A stretch of DNA of 64,000 bases from the human T2T-CHM13v2.0 reference genome, Homo sapiens, in the NCBI RefSeq assembly GCF_009914755.1, contig NC_060941.1; one strand, given 5' to 3'. Positions 35,633 through 56,075 of this stretch are shown here, in pieces. Position 1 is the stretch's first letter; each line of letters starts with the position of its first letter. The translations under genes were made by a program, and so were the position numbers. The notes beneath the pieces are model-generated. The model was not told the DNA's origin, made no database searches, and was given only the letters and a program-made list of their open reading frames with translations.

Positions 35633-37350
35633 GTTTGATTAGCTTGATGGGGCCAACTGTTAGAATCATACTAATTCATTTTTCCTTCTGAATAGCTTCT
35701 CTTTTAATTGCCTTTATTTTCTTAACTGGAATATGATTACTCTGCAGAAACTTCTTCCCATATGGTTGCCATATAAAAATGTCCTTTGGTATAGCTAGAA
35801 CTCAAATTACATAACTATAGAATAACCTTTACACATTTGAGTGGTTCCTTAAGTTTCCCCTTGAAAATGGATCACTGCAGTCATTCAAGTGGAATTACAT
35901 TTTCTAAGCCATAATTCTGTACCATGTAGTCTTTTAGGCACAGAGGGTAGAAGGATGGTTATTTTCTTTTAGGAGCTCAGAGCATAGCTGGAGAGTCAGC
36001 ATCGCAGACAATTAATAATGAAGAACAAATTACAAAAGGCTGTAAATTTGAACCAAAATAAATCTGCATAATGCAATAAAGTGAAGAGCAATAAAATGAA
36101 GTATGCCTGTCCTAAAGATCCCAGAGAGACATGATGAGAAATAAACATAACGTTCTTCCTTTAAAATAGCATATGTTCCCCCATGAAAGTCCAAATTCTA
36201 TCCAAAGAGGCCTGTTCTAAACTACCGTCTGTCCAATATCTGGACCTTTCTAGTTAGGAGTTCTACAGTCTTGGTGCCATTTTCTTGTTCCCAACTATTC
36301 TTTGCACATTGGCAGGTAAGAGTCCACTGCTTTCTAAAACACCTACAAAGTACAAAGTGAAGACGCTTGAGGAAAGAACAAAGCTATCCAGAATTGTCTT
36401 AAGTTTCAGGCCTCAAACCAAGGCCTACGGTTTTTGTTCGTTTTTCTTTTTCTTTTCTTTTTTGAATTAAGAATGCAATTTTCTCTTCTTCAGTGAAGGA
36501 AAGCTAGTGAATCCAAATGAAGTCTGGATGATGCCAGGCACAATCCTGAAGGCAGGCATTCGGTTTACTTAGATGGCAAATTCATCTCTTATTTTCAAGG
36601 TGCAGCCAATTGACATCTGTCAATTGGCTATAGTCAAATATCAGCCGTCTAAGATCAACTAAAAATTTATTTCACAGCAAATTACACACATGAGGATTCC
36701 AAATAGTTTTGTATAAAATTTACAGTAAAGAGATGATTGGGTAAATCTAAATCGCTTGGAGTTGAGTTTAACCAGCACAACTGACTTGGGAGGTGTCCAG
36801 AGGTTAGCAGCCTCCAGATAGGTAGCTTCTATTCCCTAGTCCTTGTCCAAGTTTTATGTCTGTGAAAGGTCAGTTGCAAAAGCTATCTCCCATGAAAGGC
36901 CCCCATATTCTTAGTAGAGACTGGAACTTCTATTCCTAGGTGTAAAAATTTGCATTCCTGAATTTTATGTTTTGGGCTGTCTGATATATGCCATTTAAAA
37001 AGTCATCAGTTATTCAGAAAACCAACAGATTCATTCCAATAAAGTGATATGAAGGGAAAGAAGCTATGTGGCTCTCAAAAACAATGTATACAAACACAAA
37101 TGTTGGTTTAATGTCTTTTTTTAAATCAAATTATAATTAACATGTTGCCAAGTGTTGGACTCATAGCACAGAATGACTAAGTATACAAAAATGCAATATG
37201 AAGAATAAAGGCCTTATAGATAATATGACTAAAGTTAATGTGAAAAAGGAAAGAAAACAGGAAAATAAATACCTAAATTTTCAGATTAAATTATGACAGC
37301 ATGGATTTCAGTTATCTGGATTCTGTTCCATAGACCTTAGTTGGAAGACA

Positions 37351-38539
37351 TAGTCTACCTTCATTATATGTAGATTTTATATTTGCAAATTCACCTACTC
37401 ACTCACATTTATTTGTAACCCCTAAACCAATAGCCACAGTGCTTTGGAGGTCATTCACAGCTATTCAGAGTGCAGTGAGAAGTTTGAGTTGCCCAATGTG
37501 TTTGTTCCTTGCTAAGGTCCTACAGGGCAACACTCTGCCTTCTTGTTTCAGCTCTTGTACTGTAAACAAGTGTTCTTTTTATGGTATATTTAGTTCTATG
37601 AATTTGCATTTTTGTGCTCTGTGTTGGTGACTTTGCTGTTTTGAAAGGCTTCCAAACATAGGGCTGAAGTGCTGCCTAGCGTTCCAAAACTCAAGGAGGA
37701 TATGATGTGCCTTAAGGCGAAAATAGTATGTGAAAGTTGTAAGATTAAAAATAGAGTCATTGTGTCAAACCCTGGCAAATGAAGCTGAGTAAGGTGATGA
37801 AGGGGAGGCTCTAATGCACAATTTGCCTAATAACAGAAATTATCACAAGAAATGTTTTCAAACTACAGCTTACTGAAGAGTCAGCTAGGACTGCTAGTAG
37901 CACAAGGAGAGCTAGCCACTTATACAAGAACACTTGCCTAATACACTGTCTCACAAGCCCAACCCCATACTGTAAGGACCTAGCCATAACTACAAGATTA
38001 CCTCTCCTACCTACCAACTGCTGAAACCCACCACTCACAACTCACCAGCTCTTGCAATAGGTTTCCAGGGCCAACTAAATTTCTTTCAAAATAATTTGCA
38101 TAAGCTGCTCTTTCCCCCATAAAACCCTCACCTTTTCCATCGTTCTCCAGACATACCAGAGGCCATCCTGGTCTGTATCTATGTCCTGGACTGCAATCCC
38201 ATTTCTTGTATATTATTCACAAATAAAATATTTTTACTTAGAGATTCACATCTCTATGTTTTGTATGGTGGCAAGTACATAAGATAAGCTTCATTGAGGC
38301 ATGAATTATAGTGCTATTGATCATGATTTCAATGTAAGTAAATCAACAATATATATTAAATAAGGTGTCTTTAAGCAGAAACACAAAACCAGGCTTGTAT
38401 TGATCAGTTAACTAAAACATGGCCAGAGGCTTGCAGAAACATCACCTCTTATTTCCCCAAGGAGCAATGATTTGATGTTCACTAATTCAGTGTTCATGAC
38501 AACCTTATGAACATTACCATGAATAACAAGAATCTGCTG
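37351..38539. mobile_element. MER82 (Tigger-type) element split by an LTR
   Basis: atttgcaaattcacctactc...ctctgccttcttgtttcagctc; resumes agataagcttc...gaataacaagaatctgctg. Confidence 0.85.
37729..38273 (+). mobile_element. ERV1 solo LTR (MER34/MER39-like) nested in MER82
   Basis: tgtgaaagttgt...ggtggca with exact 4-bp TSD agta; AATAAA near 38222. Confidence 0.85.
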
Positions 38540-39249
38540 TTTCTACATCTCTTAATGCTATCTACCAGGACTCAAGGTCTTGGGTGAAAGCAATCAGTCT
38601 TCCTCCAAAGACTGATTCTTAGTGGAAAGTCTGACTTGTGACTTCTGACTCAAAGGAAATTAAATATCTAAGCACAATTTCACTTGCTTAAAATTCTTCC
38701 CATTGCCACAAAAACATGGTCAACAACAATCTTTAATGCTCTTTAAATCTCAAAGCACTATCAACTATTTGAGTAGGATTTTTGCTGTACTTATTTCACA
38801 GGATTTAAAAGGATTCAAGCCACTGTTAATTGACTATCAAAATTCCTTCTCCTCAAAGGTCTATTCTGTCAACCTCTATTTGTTGGCCACACTAATTATT
38901 AAGAAAACCCATCAAATTCATGTGGACATGCTCCTCCATAATGTGATATAATCTTTGAAGTAAGCAACAACCTTTCTTTCTGAAAACTCATAGAGTTATT
39001 TGCCTAAATATTAGACATGTATGCAATTCTATAGTTTTAGTATTTATAAATCCTTTATTTGTTGAATTAAATTAACAAATACATATTAAATTATGACAGG
39101 CACAGGCACAATTGTTAAACTGAGTGTATTTTTCTACTAGGAGATCATAACCTTTAATAAGACTTTATTTTGCTAAATGTAATGAAACCTTTTTATTCCT
39201 AAGCTTCCATAATAGTTGTACAGCACTTGGCATTCTTGACCATTCTCAC

Positions 39250-39365
39250 CTTTAAATATATATCTTTAAAATATAAATATATTTTAAATAAATATACATC
39301 TTTAAATATATATTTTTATATAAAAATATATATTATATACATTTAATAATATATAAATATGTATT
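39250..39365. repeat. AT-rich low-complexity tract
   Basis: Almost exclusively A/T. Confidence 0.8.
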
Positions 39366-40416
39366 GCTTTCATCATAAAAATAATACATGCTATTATACA
39401 GGAACACAAATAGCCTAGAAATATAGATGATTAAATAATAAAATTCCCATTTGCTATTTTATTGATGTTCCTTAGGAAGTAAACATGGGAAACAGTTTAG
39501 GGAATAAATATATTCATATATTAATAAGCAAATGCATTTGTGTGTGTGTGCGTTATGTGTGTGCACACATGCACACATATATATGCAAGGGGATGAGTTT
39601 AGACTTTTCACAAATGGAATCTCCCTAAAAATGTATTTATTTGCTTATTTGATATTTGACATATTCTCATTTTCTTCTAATTTGTACTTCAAAAACTACC
39701 CTATTCTTTTTACCTCGCCTTTGTAATAAATACCCCATTGATTGAATGTAGCATGATTCACTGGTTGTTTATATAGCCAGTTAGGACCAGATGCTTAGGA
39801 TAAAAATATAGTTCACAGTTCTTATTTTTCAAGCCTATCACGAGCACTTGTTGCCCAATTTGACAGTTAGTATTGCCTCTCTCGCTTGATGCTTCCCCAC
39901 TGAAATGTCTAAGAATCCAGGCAGTTTACTTAGGGGTCTATTTTCCTTTGAGATGCCAGGTGGAGGGAAACCGGAGAGTACAATCAGCCGCCTATTGCCA
40001 TTGCTTTCTGTCTCTTCAACATGGTACTTTTGTTGAAAGCTGGTCCTATTGATGTGTGTCCACCTGGTAATCTGATACCTGCTCAGGCTGTAAGTCTTGA
40101 TCCCAAGATTGAGCTCCAAGTTTGCATTAACATTCACACCCTCAGTTGTTTATCTCAAAGCAGGGCCACTGTTATCTGATGACTGGGTCATCATAGGGTA
40201 TTTAGTCTCAGCAGGGGCTGTACTGGAACCAGCCTTTCTTTTTGAGCCTCCAGTCTAAACATTGGTGTCACACCCCGATGATCTCTTGTCCTGACTCTTT
40301 TTCTCAAAAGGTGTACTCACATTGGGCTGGTGTGTCATTTCCTGCTGTAATTCACAACAATCCAACTCCATCAAAGAGGCTCTAATATATCTAAATCAAA
40401 AGAGCTTGGGTTCAGT

Positions 40417-40745
40417 GGTGGGCACAGTAGCTGATACCTGTAATCCCAGCACTTTGAGAGACTGAGGCGGGCAGGGACTGGTGTGGGGCGGGGGTGGGAA
40501 TCGCTTCAGGTCAGGAGTTTGAGACCAACCTGGCCAACATGGCAAAACCCTGCCTCTACTAAAAATACAAAAATTAGCTGTAGCTGGGTGTGGTGGCGCC
40601 CGCCTGTCCCAGCTACTCAGGAGGCTGAGGCAGGAGAATTGTTTGAACCCAGGAGGAGGAGGTAGCAGTGAGCTAAGATGGTGCCACTGCACTCCAGCGT
40701 GGGCCACACAGTGAGATTCTGTCTCAAAAAAAAAAAAAAAAGAGC
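40417..40745 (+). mobile_element. Alu (old S/J) with a G-rich insertion
   Basis: Dimeric Alu with poly(A); TSD agagcttgggtt. Confidence 0.92.
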
Positions 40746-41071
40746 AAGAGAGAGCTTGGGTTTGAACTTAACCAGTGCATCTGACTTGGGAGATCTATAG
40801 CAATTATAGCAATTAGTAGCCTTCAAGTAGGCACATTCGAAAGGAAATGATTGGGGTGGGGGGTGGTTCTCAAGATAGCTGGGGTCCTCCCATGAGGTAA
40901 CCTGACTCTGTGCAAAGGCACTCAGCTTCTTTCCATGGGCCAGTTCTCAATATGGAGCAGTATTTACAGATAACTTTACTAGGCCACAAAGACTCCTGCT
41001 GCAGCCTTCCTCAAAGGTAAGGAGTACTTGCTTTAATTTGAATAACCAAGAAGATCCTCTTGAGTGTTTAG

Positions 41072-41474
<403 letters not shown>

Positions 41475-41790
41475 TGAATGTTCACTTCTCCAGGTGTAAA
41501 CTACATTTGTTTACTGACAAGTAATTTTTTTGTATATTAATTTAAAAAGTAGTATACTTAATATTCTTATTATTTTAAATAGTTTGTAATTAATTCTCTT
41601 CAGTTTTGCCAGCTGCAAATAAAAACATTGCTTCCTCTTTACTACTGTTAACATTTCTTTTTCTTATCCAGTAAAATTAAGACAGTTCTTCCACATCAAG
41701 GTTAGAAGTGATCATGAACATCATTACCTTGTTCTTAAATTTAAGAAGAAAGTTTCTAGTGTTTCATATTAAACATGAGGCTGGCACTGT

Positions 41791-43334
41791 CTTTTTTTTT
41801 TACAACATTTATTTTAAGTTCAGGGGTACATGTGCAGGATGTGCAGGTTTGTTACATAGGTAAATGTGTGCTGTGGTGGTTTACTGCACAGATCATCCCA
41901 TCACCTAAGTATTAAGCCCAGCATCCATTAGCTATTCTTTCTGATGCTCTCCCTCCCCCAGTACCCCTTTTGGCAGTCCCCAGTGTGTGTTGTTCTCCCC
42001 CATGTGTCCATGTGTTCTCATAATTCAGCTCCTACTTATAAGTAAGAATATGTGGTATTTGGTTTTCTGTTCCTGCATTAGTTTGCTGAGGATAATGGCT
42101 TTTCAATCTACCCATATTCTTGCAAAGAATATGATCTTATTCTTTTTTATGACTGCATAGGATTCCATGGTGTATATGTACCACATTTGCTTTATCCAGT
42201 TTATCATCGATGGACATTTATATTGATTCCATGCCTTTGCTATTGTGCATAGTGCTGCAATGAACATATGCGTGCATGTATCTTTATAACAAAATGATTT
42301 ATATTCCTTTGGGTATATACCCAGTAACGGGATTGCTGGGTCAAATGATATTTCTGCCTCTATGTTTTCTTTTGTTTAATTTTGAGTCTCACTCTGTCAC
42401 CTAGGCTGGAGTGCAGTGGTGTGATCTTGGCTCACTGCAACCTCTGCCATCCAGGTTCAAGCAATCCTCCCACCTCAGCTTCCTGAAAATCTGGGACCAC
42501 AAGCGTGCACCACCACAGCCAGCTAAATTTGTATTTTTAATAGAGATGGGATTTCACCATGTTGGCCAGGCTGTTCTCAAACTCCTGATGTGAAGTGATC
42601 CGCCAGCCTCAGCCTCCCAAAGTGCTGGGATTACAGGCATGATCCACCATGCCCAGCCTGCCTCTAGGTCTTTGAGGAATTGCCACACTGTTTTCCACAA
42701 TGGTTGAACTAATTTATATTCCCAGCAACAGTGCAAAAGTGCTCCTTTTTCTCCATAACCTTGCCAGCATCGGTTGTCTTTTGACTTTTTAATTATAGCC
42801 ATTCTAACTGGCGTGAGATGATATCTCATTGTGGTTTTGATTTGCATTTCTCTAATGATCAGTGGTGTTGAGCTTTTTTCATGTTTGTTGGCTGCAAAAA
42901 TGTCTTCTTTTGAGAAGTGTCCATGTCCTTTGCCCACTTTTTAATAAGGTTGCTTGTTTTTTTTCTTGTACATTTGCTTAAGTTCCTTATACACTGGATA
43001 TTAGACCTTGGTCAGAAGGATAGATTGCAAAAATTTTCTCCCATTCTGTAGGTTATCTGTTCACTCTCTGTTGATAGTTTCTTTGCTGTGCAGAAGCTCT
43101 TTAATTTAATTAGATCTCATCTGTCAATTTTTGCTTTTGTTGCAATTGCTTTTGACGGTTTTGTCATGAAACCTTTGCCCGTGCCTATGTTCTGAATGGT
43201 ATTGCCTAGATTTTCTTCTAGGGTTTTTATAGTTTTAGGTTTTACATTTAATGCTTTAATCCACCTTGAGTTAATTTTTGTATAAGGTGTAAGGAAAGGA
43301 TCCAGTTTCATTTTTTTTTGCATATGACTAGCCA
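41791..43334 (-). mobile_element. 5'-truncated L1PA containing an Alu
   Basis: Poly(T), L1 3'UTR and ORF2 end. TSD gaggctggcactgt (41777) / gagactggcactgt (43335). Confidence 0.93.
42365..42658 (-). mobile_element. Alu inside L1PA
   Basis: Reverse Alu; TSD tgcctcta. Confidence 0.92.
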
Positions 43335-43976
43335 GAGACTGGCACTGTTTTAAATGATGACAAGGTTTTACTTCTCTGTTGTGCTTTTAATTAAAAGATT
43401 GATGATTATTTATATCATCCTCACCTTCTTATAAAGAACCTTGATTAGTTATGTTGTATTATTCTTTTAATTTACAGCTGAATCCTGTGAGTTCATACTT
43501 TAATTCAGGATTTTGTAATAAAAAGATTAATAAATTGAGTTTGATAAGTTTTTTTATGCTACTTGTGTCAAATGTATTATCTTCCAAAAAATAAAGAATT
43601 TTGGTGTTTCACATTTTATTCTTTAATCCATCCTGAGTTAATTTTTGTATAAGATGTAAGGAAGGGATCCAGTTTCAATATTTTTGCTTATAAATAGCCA
43701 GAAACTGGCACTGTTTTAAGTGATGACAAGGTTTTACTTCTCTGTTGTGTTTTTTTAAATTAAAAGATTGATGATTATTTGTATCACCCTCACCTTCTTA
43801 TAAAGAACCTTGATTAGCTATGTTGTATTATTCTTTTAATTTATAGCTAAGTCCTGTGAGTTCATACTTTAATTCAGGATTTTTTATAAAGATTAATAGA
43901 TCAAATTTGATAAGTATTTTTTATGCTACTTGTGTCAAATGTATTATCTTCCAAAAAATAAAGAATTTTGGTGTTT
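43244..43976. repeat. 367-bp tandem duplication
   Basis: 43244-43610 is repeated at 43611-43976 with scattered substitutions. Confidence 0.93.
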
Positions 43977-44727
43977 GTCTTATTTCTCCATGCTCCTGAT
44001 CTACAAATCACATAAGAATAATGTGCTTTTTAAAGTTATGAACTAATGAACCAGTAAAAGATGTGAGACTACCATGTCATTTTTGTTATTTTTTTAATTT
44101 TAGAAGACAGTTTTTCAATAATTTTCTCAGGATTTTCTATGCTTCTTGCTCCATTTTCTTTTACTACTTAAAGTCAATTTTGATCATTTATAAATATATA
44201 TTTTTTAAATAATATTTTCTAGGTTTTAAATGCATTTGCATAATGTTGTAAGGCTTGTTATCTCGTTTTTTTTCCAATTTTCTCACTCTCTGTAACTGAT
44301 TTGTTTTCAATTTTGTGTGATTTTGCTTACTCTCATTTTTCTTGATTAGAATTATGATGTTGTAATTTACTTTTAAGATACTTTAACATAGAGAGTGTGA
44401 TATTATCTATGTGTTATTCTAAGCTATACATAAGGCAAAAAACACTTGTTAAGCTAATCATAAATTAACAGGCCAGGACGGGTCATCTAGCATTCTGATT
44501 AAGAAAGGTACATTTCAGGTATGACTACTATAAGTGCTTTAACTATTGACATATCAGTTCCAAAAGAAGCTTTGGGAATTAATATAATTAGTATCAGAAA
44601 TACTTTTTTACCAATAAAATTAACTTTTTATTCTGTATAATAAATGTTATAGTAGACTCCTACATGCTAAGAGAATGCAGTAAACCTGATGATCTGTGTA
44701 TTCTGAGCCCAAAACGTAAAAACACTG

Positions 44728-45273
44728 TGTATTAGTGAGAGTTCTCTAGAGGGACAGAACTAATAGGATACACGTATGTATGAAGGGCAGTTTATTAGAA
44801 TTAACTCACATGATCACAAGGTGAAGTCTCATAGTAAGCTGTCAGCAAGATGAGGAGCCAGGAAGCCAGTTCAAGTCCCCAAAATCCCAAAAGTAGGGAA
44901 GCTGATAGTGCAGCCATCAGTCTATGGCCAAAGGCCTGAGACCCCCCCGTCAAATCACTGGCATAAGTCCGTGAGTCCAAAAGCTGAAGAACATGGAGTC
45001 TCATGTTCAAGGGCAGAAAACGTCCAGCAAAGGAGACAGATGGAGGCCAGAAGACTTAGCCGTCTAGTCTTTCCACGTTCCTCTGCCTGCATTTATGCTA
45101 GTCACACTGGCAGCTGAATAGATGGTGCCCACCGATACTGAAGGTGGGTCTGCCTCTCCTAGTCCACTGACTTAAACGTTAATCTCCTTTGGCAACACTC
45201 TAACAGACACACCTAGGAAAATACTTTGCATCCTTCAATCCAATCAAGTTGACACTCAATATTAACCATCACA
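44728..45273 (-). mobile_element. MLT2B-like (HERV-L) solo LTR
   Basis: tgtattag...ttctctagagggacagaactaatagga...caagttgacactcaatattaaccatcaca; TSD cactg/gactg. Confidence 0.9.
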
Positions 45274-45304
45274 GACTGGTAGCTTTTCCTCCCTTCCTCT
45301 TAAA

Positions 45305-45625
45305 ATCCAGCAGCCTTGCTATAAGAAGCCCAGGCCACATGGAATGACCACATGGAAGAAAAATACATTGCCAATTAATAGTACCAGTTGAATTCCTAGC
45401 CAGGAGCCAGCACCAACTTCCAGCCAGTTGAGTGAGGTATCCTGCGTGTTCTAGCTCAGTCAAGCCCCAGGTTAATGCAGTCCCAACTGACATCACTTGG
45501 AGCAGAAGAACTACACAGCTGATCCCAGTCAGCCTAAAGAATTATGAAAAAGATAATAAAATGACTGTTGTTTTAAGACATTACATTTTGGGTTGGTTTT
45601 GTAAGTATCAGTAAATCATCAGATC
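45305..45625 (+). mobile_element. MaLR LTR fragment (MLT1G/H-like)
   Basis: agcccaggccacatgga...agccagcaccaact...ttgttgttttaag...ttttgggttggttt. Confidence 0.7.
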
Positions 45626-45672
45626 AACCATGTTTACTTGAACAGGGTATAAGAATTTAAAAAGGTATTTAA

Positions 45673-52445
<6,773 letters not shown>

Positions 52446-52451
52446 CAAGTA

Positions 52452-55400
52452 TTTAACATAGTACTGGAAACCATTGCCAGAGCAATTAAGAGAGAAAAAG
52501 AAATAAAAGGCATCTAAATTACTAACAAGAAGTAAAATTATCTCTATTTGCAGAAGATATAACCTTATATGTAGAAAACTCTACATATTCTTCAATTAAT
52601 TAACCAATAAAAGTGTGTAAACTAATGAGAGAATTTAGCAGTTTCAGGATACAAATTAAACACACAAAAATCAGTTGTGTTTCTATCTACTAACAATGGC
52701 CAATTCAAAAAGGATATCAAGAAAATAATTCCATTTACAATATCATCAAAAATAATAAAATATTTATGAATAAGTTTCACCAAAGATGCAAAGGACTTGT
52801 ACACTGAAAACTAAAAAAAATGTGGCTGAAAGCAACTAAAGAGCACACAAATAAATGAAAAAAAATCCCATGTCTGTGGCTTGGAAAACTTAATATTAGG
52901 ATATCAATACTACCCAAAGTGCTCTACAGATTTGATATAATTCCTATCCAAATCTCTGTCTTTTTTTTTTCAGGAATTAAGAAACCTATCTTAAAAATTC
53001 ATATGGAATTTCAAGGGACCTTGAAGAGCCCAAACAATTTTGAAAAAAAAAAAAAAAACAAAGTTGGAGGTCTCACACTTCCTGATTTCAAAACTTAAAT
53101 ATATGGTAATCAAAACAGTTTTGTAGTGGCATAAAGAATGACATATAGAATAACAGAAAAGAATAAAAAGCCCAGAAATATACCCTCATGTATATGGTTA
53201 AACGATTTTTGAAATGAGTTCCAAGACCATTGAAAAGGCAACCTTTTCAACAAATGATGGAAAAACTAAATGCAAAAGAATGAACTTAAATTTCTACCTT
53301 ACGCCACTTATAAAATTGTCTCAAAATTAATCAAAGACCTATAGATTCAATACAAATTTTTAATAAAGATGCCAAGAACATGTATTGAGGAAAAGACAGT
53401 CTTTTCCATCAATGGTGCTGGCAAAACAGGCTATTCATATGCAGAAGAATGAAACTTGACCCCTATCTCTCACCATATACAAAATCAAATCAAAATGGAT
53501 TAAAAACTTAAATCCTAGGCTTTAAATTATGAAGCTCCTTCAAGAAAGCACTGGGGAAACCCTCTAGGACATTGGTCTGGGCAAAAACTAAAACTAAAAA
53601 GTCTTAGAATGAAACAAATAAATCTTCATGACATTGGATTTGGCAACAATTTCTGGATATAACAGCAAAAGCACGGGCAACCAAAGAAAAAATAGATAAA
53701 TTGGAATAAATTAAACTTAAAAATAATCTGCACATTAAGACACAACCAGAGTAAAAAAGCAACATGGAATGGGAGAAAATATTTGGAAATCGTATGCTGA
53801 CAAGGGTTGGAGACAGCTTAAGACTACTGAGTTCCCCAGGGGAGGTGTGACTGTCATCACTGCAGCTGCCTGCTGCCTAAGACCACTGATGGGCAGCAGC
53901 CACCACTGCAGCTCCAGCCTGCCATTTTTCCCCTGCTGGAGCTGGGGAGACTAGGTGGTTTGGACTGGGAGGAATCCCCACAGCGCAGCTCAGCAGCTGT
54001 GGCAGATCTTGGCAAGCCTGCCTGTTTAGGCCAGATCCTGACCCATATGTCCTCAACAGGCAGGGCCTCCCTGCAGGAATTTCAGCAACTCCAGCGAGGG
54101 ATTTACAAACAGAACTCTAATCTCCCTGGGATGAAGCCCAGGATGGGTAACCACGGGGTCTCCATGCATCAGCGTACTTAGTCTTTCCTCCTGCTGGCTC
54201 TGAGGAATCCAGGCAGTCCGGATGAGGGGCAAGCACGGTTCTTCGTTAAGCAGATCCCTGATCCTGTGCCTTCTGACAGGGTGAGACCTCCCTCAGCAGG
54301 GGTTGCCAGGCACCTTACTCAGGAGAGTTCCAGCTGGCATTAGGTCGGTGCTCCTCTGGGACAGAGTTACCAGAGGAAGGACCAGAAAGCCATCTTTGCT
54401 GTTCTGCACCCTCCACTGGTGACACCTCCAGGTGCAGGAGGGACCCAGGCACATAGGGTCTGGAGTGGACCCCCAGCAAAACACAGTAGCCCTATGGAAG
54501 AGGGGTCTGACTGTTAAAATAAAAATAAACAGAAAGCAACAACAACAACAACATCAACAATAAAAGTCCCTACAGAAACCCCATCCAAAGGTCAGCAGCC
54601 CCAAAGATTGAAGCTAGATAAACCCACAGAGAAAGAATCAATGAAAAAATTCTGAAATCTCAAAGAGCCAGAGTGCCTCTTCTCCTCCAAATGATCACAA
54701 CACCCCTCCAGCAAAGGCACAGAACTAGGCGGAGGCTGAGACGGATGAATTGACAGAAGTAGGCTTCAGAAAGTGGATAATAATGAACTTCACTGAGCTA
54801 AAGGAGCATGTTCTAACCCGACGCAAAGAAGCTAAGAACTTGGCTCATCCCATTCCTGGGTATGTACCCAAAGGAATATAAATCATTCTAATATAAAGAT
54901 ACATGTATGCGTATGTTCATTGCAGCACTATTCACAAAAGCAAAGATGTGGAATCAACCCAAATACCCATCAATGGTAGACTGGATAAAGAAAATGTGAT
55001 ACATGTACACTATGGAATACTATGCAGCCATAAAAAGGAAATAGGTCATGTCCTTTGCAGGGACATGTATGGAGCTTGAAGCCATTATCATCAGCAAACT
55101 AACACAGGAACAGAAAACCAAACACTGCATATTTTCACTTGTAAGTGAAAGCTGAACAATGAGAACACATGGACACAGAATGGGGAACACCACACACTGG
55201 GGCCTGTCAGGGCGAGGTAAGCAGGGGAAAGGAGAGCATCAGGATAAATAGCTAATGCAAGCAAGGCTTAATACCTAGGTCACAGGTTGATAGGTGCAGC
55301 AAACCACCATGGCACACATTTACCTATGTAATAAACCTGCACATCCTGCACATGTATCCTGGATCTTTAAATTACATTACATGAAAAAAAATAAAACTAC

Positions 55401-56075
55401 CACTACCATATGATTCAGCAATTCAATTTCCAAATACATACCCAAAAGAATTGAAAGCAGAGTGTCAAAGATACATATGTAGACCCATATAGAAGTGTTA
55501 TTTCCAATAGCTAAAAGGTGGAAGTAACCCAAATGTCCATAGATGAATGATAAACAAAATATGGTATATACATATGATGATATATTATTCAGCATTAAAA
55601 AGGAAAGAAATTCTGAGACATGCTATGATATGGATGAACCTTGAAAACATTATGGTAAGTGAAGTAAGCCAGTCGCAAAAGGGCAAATACTGTATGCTTC
55701 CATGTATATGAGGTTCCTAGAGTAGACAAACTCATAGAGCCAGAATGGTGGTTTCCAGGGCCTGGGATAGGGGTGAATGGGGAATTATTGTTTAATGGGC
55801 ATAGAGCTTTAGTTGGGGAAAATGAAAAGTTTCTAAAGATGAATGGTGGCGATGGTACACAACAATAAAAATGTACTTAATGTTACTAAACTGTACCCTT
55901 AAAAGTATTTAAAGCGGTGAATTTTATGTTTTTATTTGCTAGATGAAAACATTTCTAGAGATTGGATGTACAACATAAATGTGCTTAACACTACTGAACT
56001 GTAAGATAACTGAAAAATAATTAAGAGTTAATTTTATGTTATGTGTATCTTACCACAATTAAAAATAAAAACAAA
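52452..56075 (+). mobile_element. L1MB-like 3' portion, interrupted by L1PA
   Basis: ORF2 RT/C-terminal homology at 52452-53808; 3'UTR at 55400-56075. Confidence 0.8.
53810..55395 (+). mobile_element. Internally deleted L1PA (5'UTR and ORF1 start fused to the 3' end)
   Basis: L1PA 5'UTR and ORF1 start run to 54840, then jump to atcccattcctgggtat... and an L1PA 3'UTR. Confidence 0.85.
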
